A stretch of DNA of 38,474 bases, taken from IMG/VR virus record IMGVR_UViG_2778261226_000006. One strand, given 5' to 3'. Source of the DNA: a virus. Taxonomy: Duplodnaviria > Heunggongvirae > Uroviricota > Caudoviricetes. A program made the position numbers and the translations under genes. The notes below the pieces were generated by a model. That model had not been told where the DNA came from and did not search any database. It saw nothing but the letters and a program-made list of their open reading frames with translations. Below, piece after piece: positions 35,855-38,474 of the stretch (its first letter is position 1; every line of letters starts with the position of its first letter).

Positions 35855-37540
35855 TTATCCTAATCCTGGCCATACCATGACGATGATTGTCCCTGCCAGC
35901 GTCAGCAGGACGTTGGCGATTGCGTAGGTGCCCGCATAGCCCAGCGCAGGGATGTTACTGCGAGCTGTATCACTGATGATCTCCATTGCCGGCGCGCAGG
36001 TGCGTGCGCCCATCATTGCGCCGAACAACAGTGCGCGGTTCATTCGCAATACATAAGCACCGAACAAGAAACAGATAACCACGGGCACAAGACTGACAAT
36101 TAATCCGGCAATCAACATCTGACCGCCAATCGCGCCCAGGCCGTTATTAATACCGCTACCGGCGCTCAGACCAACGCCTGCCATAAACACCATCAAGCCG
36201 AACTCTTTCACCATGCTTAATGCACCTTGCGGAATGTAACCGAAGGTCGGGTGGTTAGCACGCATAAAGCCCAGCATAATTCCGGCGAATAACAACCCGG
36301 CAGCGTTCCCCATGCCGAAACTGAATGTGCTGAACTGGAAGGTGATCATCCCGATCATCAGCCCAATAACAAAGAAGGCGCAAAATGCCAGCAGGTCAGT
36401 GACCTGGCTGTGAATCGAGATAAAGCCGATGCGATCGGCGATGGTTTTTACGCGACGGGCATCACCGCTGACTTGTAAAACGTCACCTTTGTTAAGCACG
36501 ACGTTGTCATCTATCGGCATCTCAATCTGGCTACGAATGACGCGGTTAAGGAAGCAACCGTGATCGGTCAACTTCAGTTGTGCGAGACGTTTACCTACAG
36601 CGTTATGGTTTTTAACGACCACTTCTTCAGTGACGATACGCATGTCGAGAAGGTCACGATCGAAAACTTCTTTACCGTTACGGAAGCTGGGATCGAGTCG
36701 GGCATGGGCGTCGGGATAGCCTACCAACGCTATTTCATCGCCCATTTGTAGCACGGCATCACCGTCTGGATTTGCCAGAATCCCGTTACGTCGAATACGT
36801 TCAATGTAGCAGCCGGTTTGTCGATAAATACCCAGTTCACGCAGATTTTTGCCGTCGGTCCAGGCCACCAGCTCCGGGCCGACGCGATAGGCGCGGATCA
36901 CCGGTAAATAAACCTTACGGTTGGCATCAGTGTCCAGGCCACGTTCGCGGGCGATTTGCTGGGCGCTGGTCTGTAAGTCCTGATGCTGCAATTTCGGCAA
37001 GTAACGCGCACCAACAATCAAACTCACCAGACCGATTAAATAGGTTAAGGCATACCCGAGGCTCAGATTATCCAGTGCCAGTGAGAGCTGCCTGCTTTCC
37101 ATGCCGAAATGACGCAGTGTATCGCCAGCACCGACCAGAACCGGTGTCGACGTCATAGAGCCTGCTAACATACCGGCCGTCAGGCCAATATCCCAGCCAA
37201 ACAGCTTACCTAACCCTAAGGCGATCACCAGCGCACTGCCAACCATCACCAGTGCTAACATTAGGTAATTTTTCCCATCGCGAAAAAAAATGGAAAAAAA
37301 GTTCGGTCCGGCTTCGACCCCGACGCAGAAAATAAACAGCATAAAGCCAAGATTAAGCGCATCGGTGTTAATGCTGAAATGTTGTTGGCCTAATAACAGC
37401 GATACGACTAAAACGCCAATGGAATTACCCAGTTGGATCGAACCAAGTCGTAACTTTCCGAGACATAGCCCAAGCGCGAGGACCACAAATAATAACAGAA
37501 TGTAATTCCCATTTAACAATTCGGCGACGTTTATATTCAC
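35855..37540 (-). CDS. ybjL: Putative transporter YbjL (host gene)
   Basis: 561 aa; polytopic membrane protein with central soluble domains; sequence recognised as E. coli YbjL from memory. Confidence 0.85.
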   Translation of the reverse strand: MNINVAELLNGNYILLLFVVLALGLCLGKLRLGSIQLGNSIGVLVVSLLLGQQHFSINTDALNLGFMLFIFCVGVEAGPNFFSIFFRDGKNYLMLALVMVGSALVIALGLGKLFGWDIGLTAGMLAGSMTSTPVLVGAGDTLRHFGMESRQLSLALDNLSLGYALTYLIGLVSLIVGARYLPKLQHQDLQTSAQQIARERGLDTDANRKVYLPVIRAYRVGPELVAWTDGKNLRELGIYRQTGCYIERIRRNGILANPDGDAVLQMGDEIALVGYPDAHARLDPSFRNGKEVFDRDLLDMRIVTEEVVVKNHNAVGKRLAQLKLTDHGCFLNRVIRSQIEMPIDDNVVLNKGDVLQVSGDARRVKTIADRIGFISIHSQVTDLLAFCAFFVIGLMIGMITFQFSTFSFGMGNAAGLLFAGIMLGFMRANHPTFGYIPQGALSMVKEFGLMVFMAGVGLSAGSGINNGLGAIGGQMLIAGLIVSLVPVVICFLFGAYVLRMNRALLFGAMMGARTCAPAMEIISDTARSNIPALGYAGTYAIANVLLTLAGTIIVMVWPGLG

Positions 37541-37809
37541 GGAGGCTAACTTCTTGTTTACTAGTAAGCTGTTGAAAGAAATGGTAATTTACGATAATGT
37601 TTTTTACCAGAATTCAGGGCGCAGATTCATTCAGCGCACCTAAACGATAGTAAAGTAACAATATATTTTACTAGTGTAATCACATTAGGTATCAACGGCT
37701 ATATGAATTGCGTTGGCCTATATTAGCATGGAATGCGAAGCGGCTTTATCTTACTGAACGCCACACTGGCGAAAAATGTGTTCGATAGACGCAGTGTCAG
37801 GAGGAACGA

Positions 37810-38187
37810 GTGAAACATAAACAACGTTGGGCGGGGGCAATCTGCTGTTTTGTCCTCTTCATTGTGGTGTGCCTTTTTCTGGCGACGCACATGAAAGGCG
37901 CTTTTCGGGCTGCCGGGCATCCTGAAATCGGCTTGCTATTTTTCATTCTTCCTGGAGCAGTTGCCAGTTTCTTTTCACAGCGTAGAGAAGTCCTGAAACC
38001 TCTATTTGGCGCAATGCTGGCGGCACCCTGTTCAATGCTCATTATGCGGCTGTTTTTTTCACCGACGCGCTCATTCTGGCAAGAGCTGGCATGGTTACTA
38101 AGCGCGGTGTTCTGGTGTGCGCTGGGGGCACTGTGTTTCTTATTTATCAGTAGTTTGTTTAAACCACAGCACAGAAAAAATCAGTAA
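37810..38187 (+). CDS. ybjM: Inner membrane protein YbjM (host gene)
   Basis: 125 aa, four hydrophobic segments; adjacent to ybjL and grxA as in E. coli K-12. Confidence 0.8.
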   Translation: MKHKQRWAGAICCFVLFIVVCLFLATHMKGAFRAAGHPEIGLLFFILPGAVASFFSQRREVLKPLFGAMLAAPCSMLIMRLFFSPTRSFWQELAWLLSAVFWCALGALCFLFISSLFKPQHRKNQ

Positions 38188-38206
38188 AGCCCTCAACGCG
38201 AGGGCT
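38188..38206. terminator. Hairpin between convergent ybjM and grxA
   Basis: AGCCCTC (38188-38194) / GAGGGCT (38200-38206) stem with 5-nt loop; plus-strand A-run upstream serves as U-tract for the minus-strand transcript. Confidence 0.45.
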
Positions 38207-38216
38207 TGTCAGACGA

Positions 38217-38474
38217 TCAGGCGTCCAGATTTTCTTTCACCCATGCAGCAAAATCGGTATAGCCGCCGATATGTTGCTGATCGACAAAAATCTGCGGCAC
38301 GGTTTCTACGGGTTTACCTGCCTTTTGTTGTAGATCTTCTTTAGTGATCCCTTCCGCACGAATATCTACATACTGATACTGAAAATCATCGCGTTCATTG
38401 CTCAATTTCTCAGCCAGATCTTTTGCACGCACACAGTAAGGGCAACCCGAACGACCAAAAATAACGGTTTGCAT
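38217..38474 (-). CDS. grxA: Glutaredoxin 1 (host gene)
   Basis: 85 aa with CPYC active site (RSGCPYCVRAK); start codon is at the window edge. Confidence 0.9.
   Translation of the reverse strand: MQTVIFGRSGCPYCVRAKDLAEKLSNERDDFQYQYVDIRAEGITKEDLQQKAGKPVETVPQIFVDQQHIGGYTDFAAWVKENLDA

Noticed and set aside
1-38474. CRISPR arrays, tRNA or rRNA genes, transposase/IS elements
   Set aside because: No regularly spaced direct repeats, no tRNA-like cloverleaf candidates near the junctions, and no transposase-like ORF were seen; the only mobile-DNA signature is the invertible segment.

Overview
The window is an almost complete P2/186-family temperate myovirus prophage (about 35 kb, from the integrase stop codon at position 1 to ogr at about 35.0 kb), followed by host genes ybjL, ybjM and grxA. 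Gene order follows the P2 prophage map: int, cI, apl/cox, cII-like early operon, replication gene A, an accessory island, a candidate cos site, portal Q and terminase P, capsid genes O-N-M-L, lysis cassette, tail genes R through D, then ogr. All assignments are by eye (motifs, gene size, synteny); no database search was run. The early region is 186-like (long CI, CII-like protein) and additionally carries a TraR-family zinc finger, a Dam methyltransferase and an unassigned 276-aa ORF. Three things stand out as cargo not found in P2 itself. First, a retron sits between the candidate cos site and Q: a reverse transcriptase with retron motifs, a candidate msr-msd RNA with its own promoter, and two upstream overlapping ORFs of unknown family that may be a new effector module. 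Second, a diverged ATPase-domain-only paralog of terminase P is inserted, translationally coupled, between P and Q. Third, a Gin/Pin-type serine invertase flanks an invertible tail-fibre segment bounded by 26-bp crossover sites. Other candidates are a membrane-anchored 203-aa ORF with its own promoter in the tin/old position, a small secreted Cys-rich peptide in the lysogeny operon, and an AT-rich 172-aa membrane ORF flanked by 14-bp direct repeats next to the host junction.
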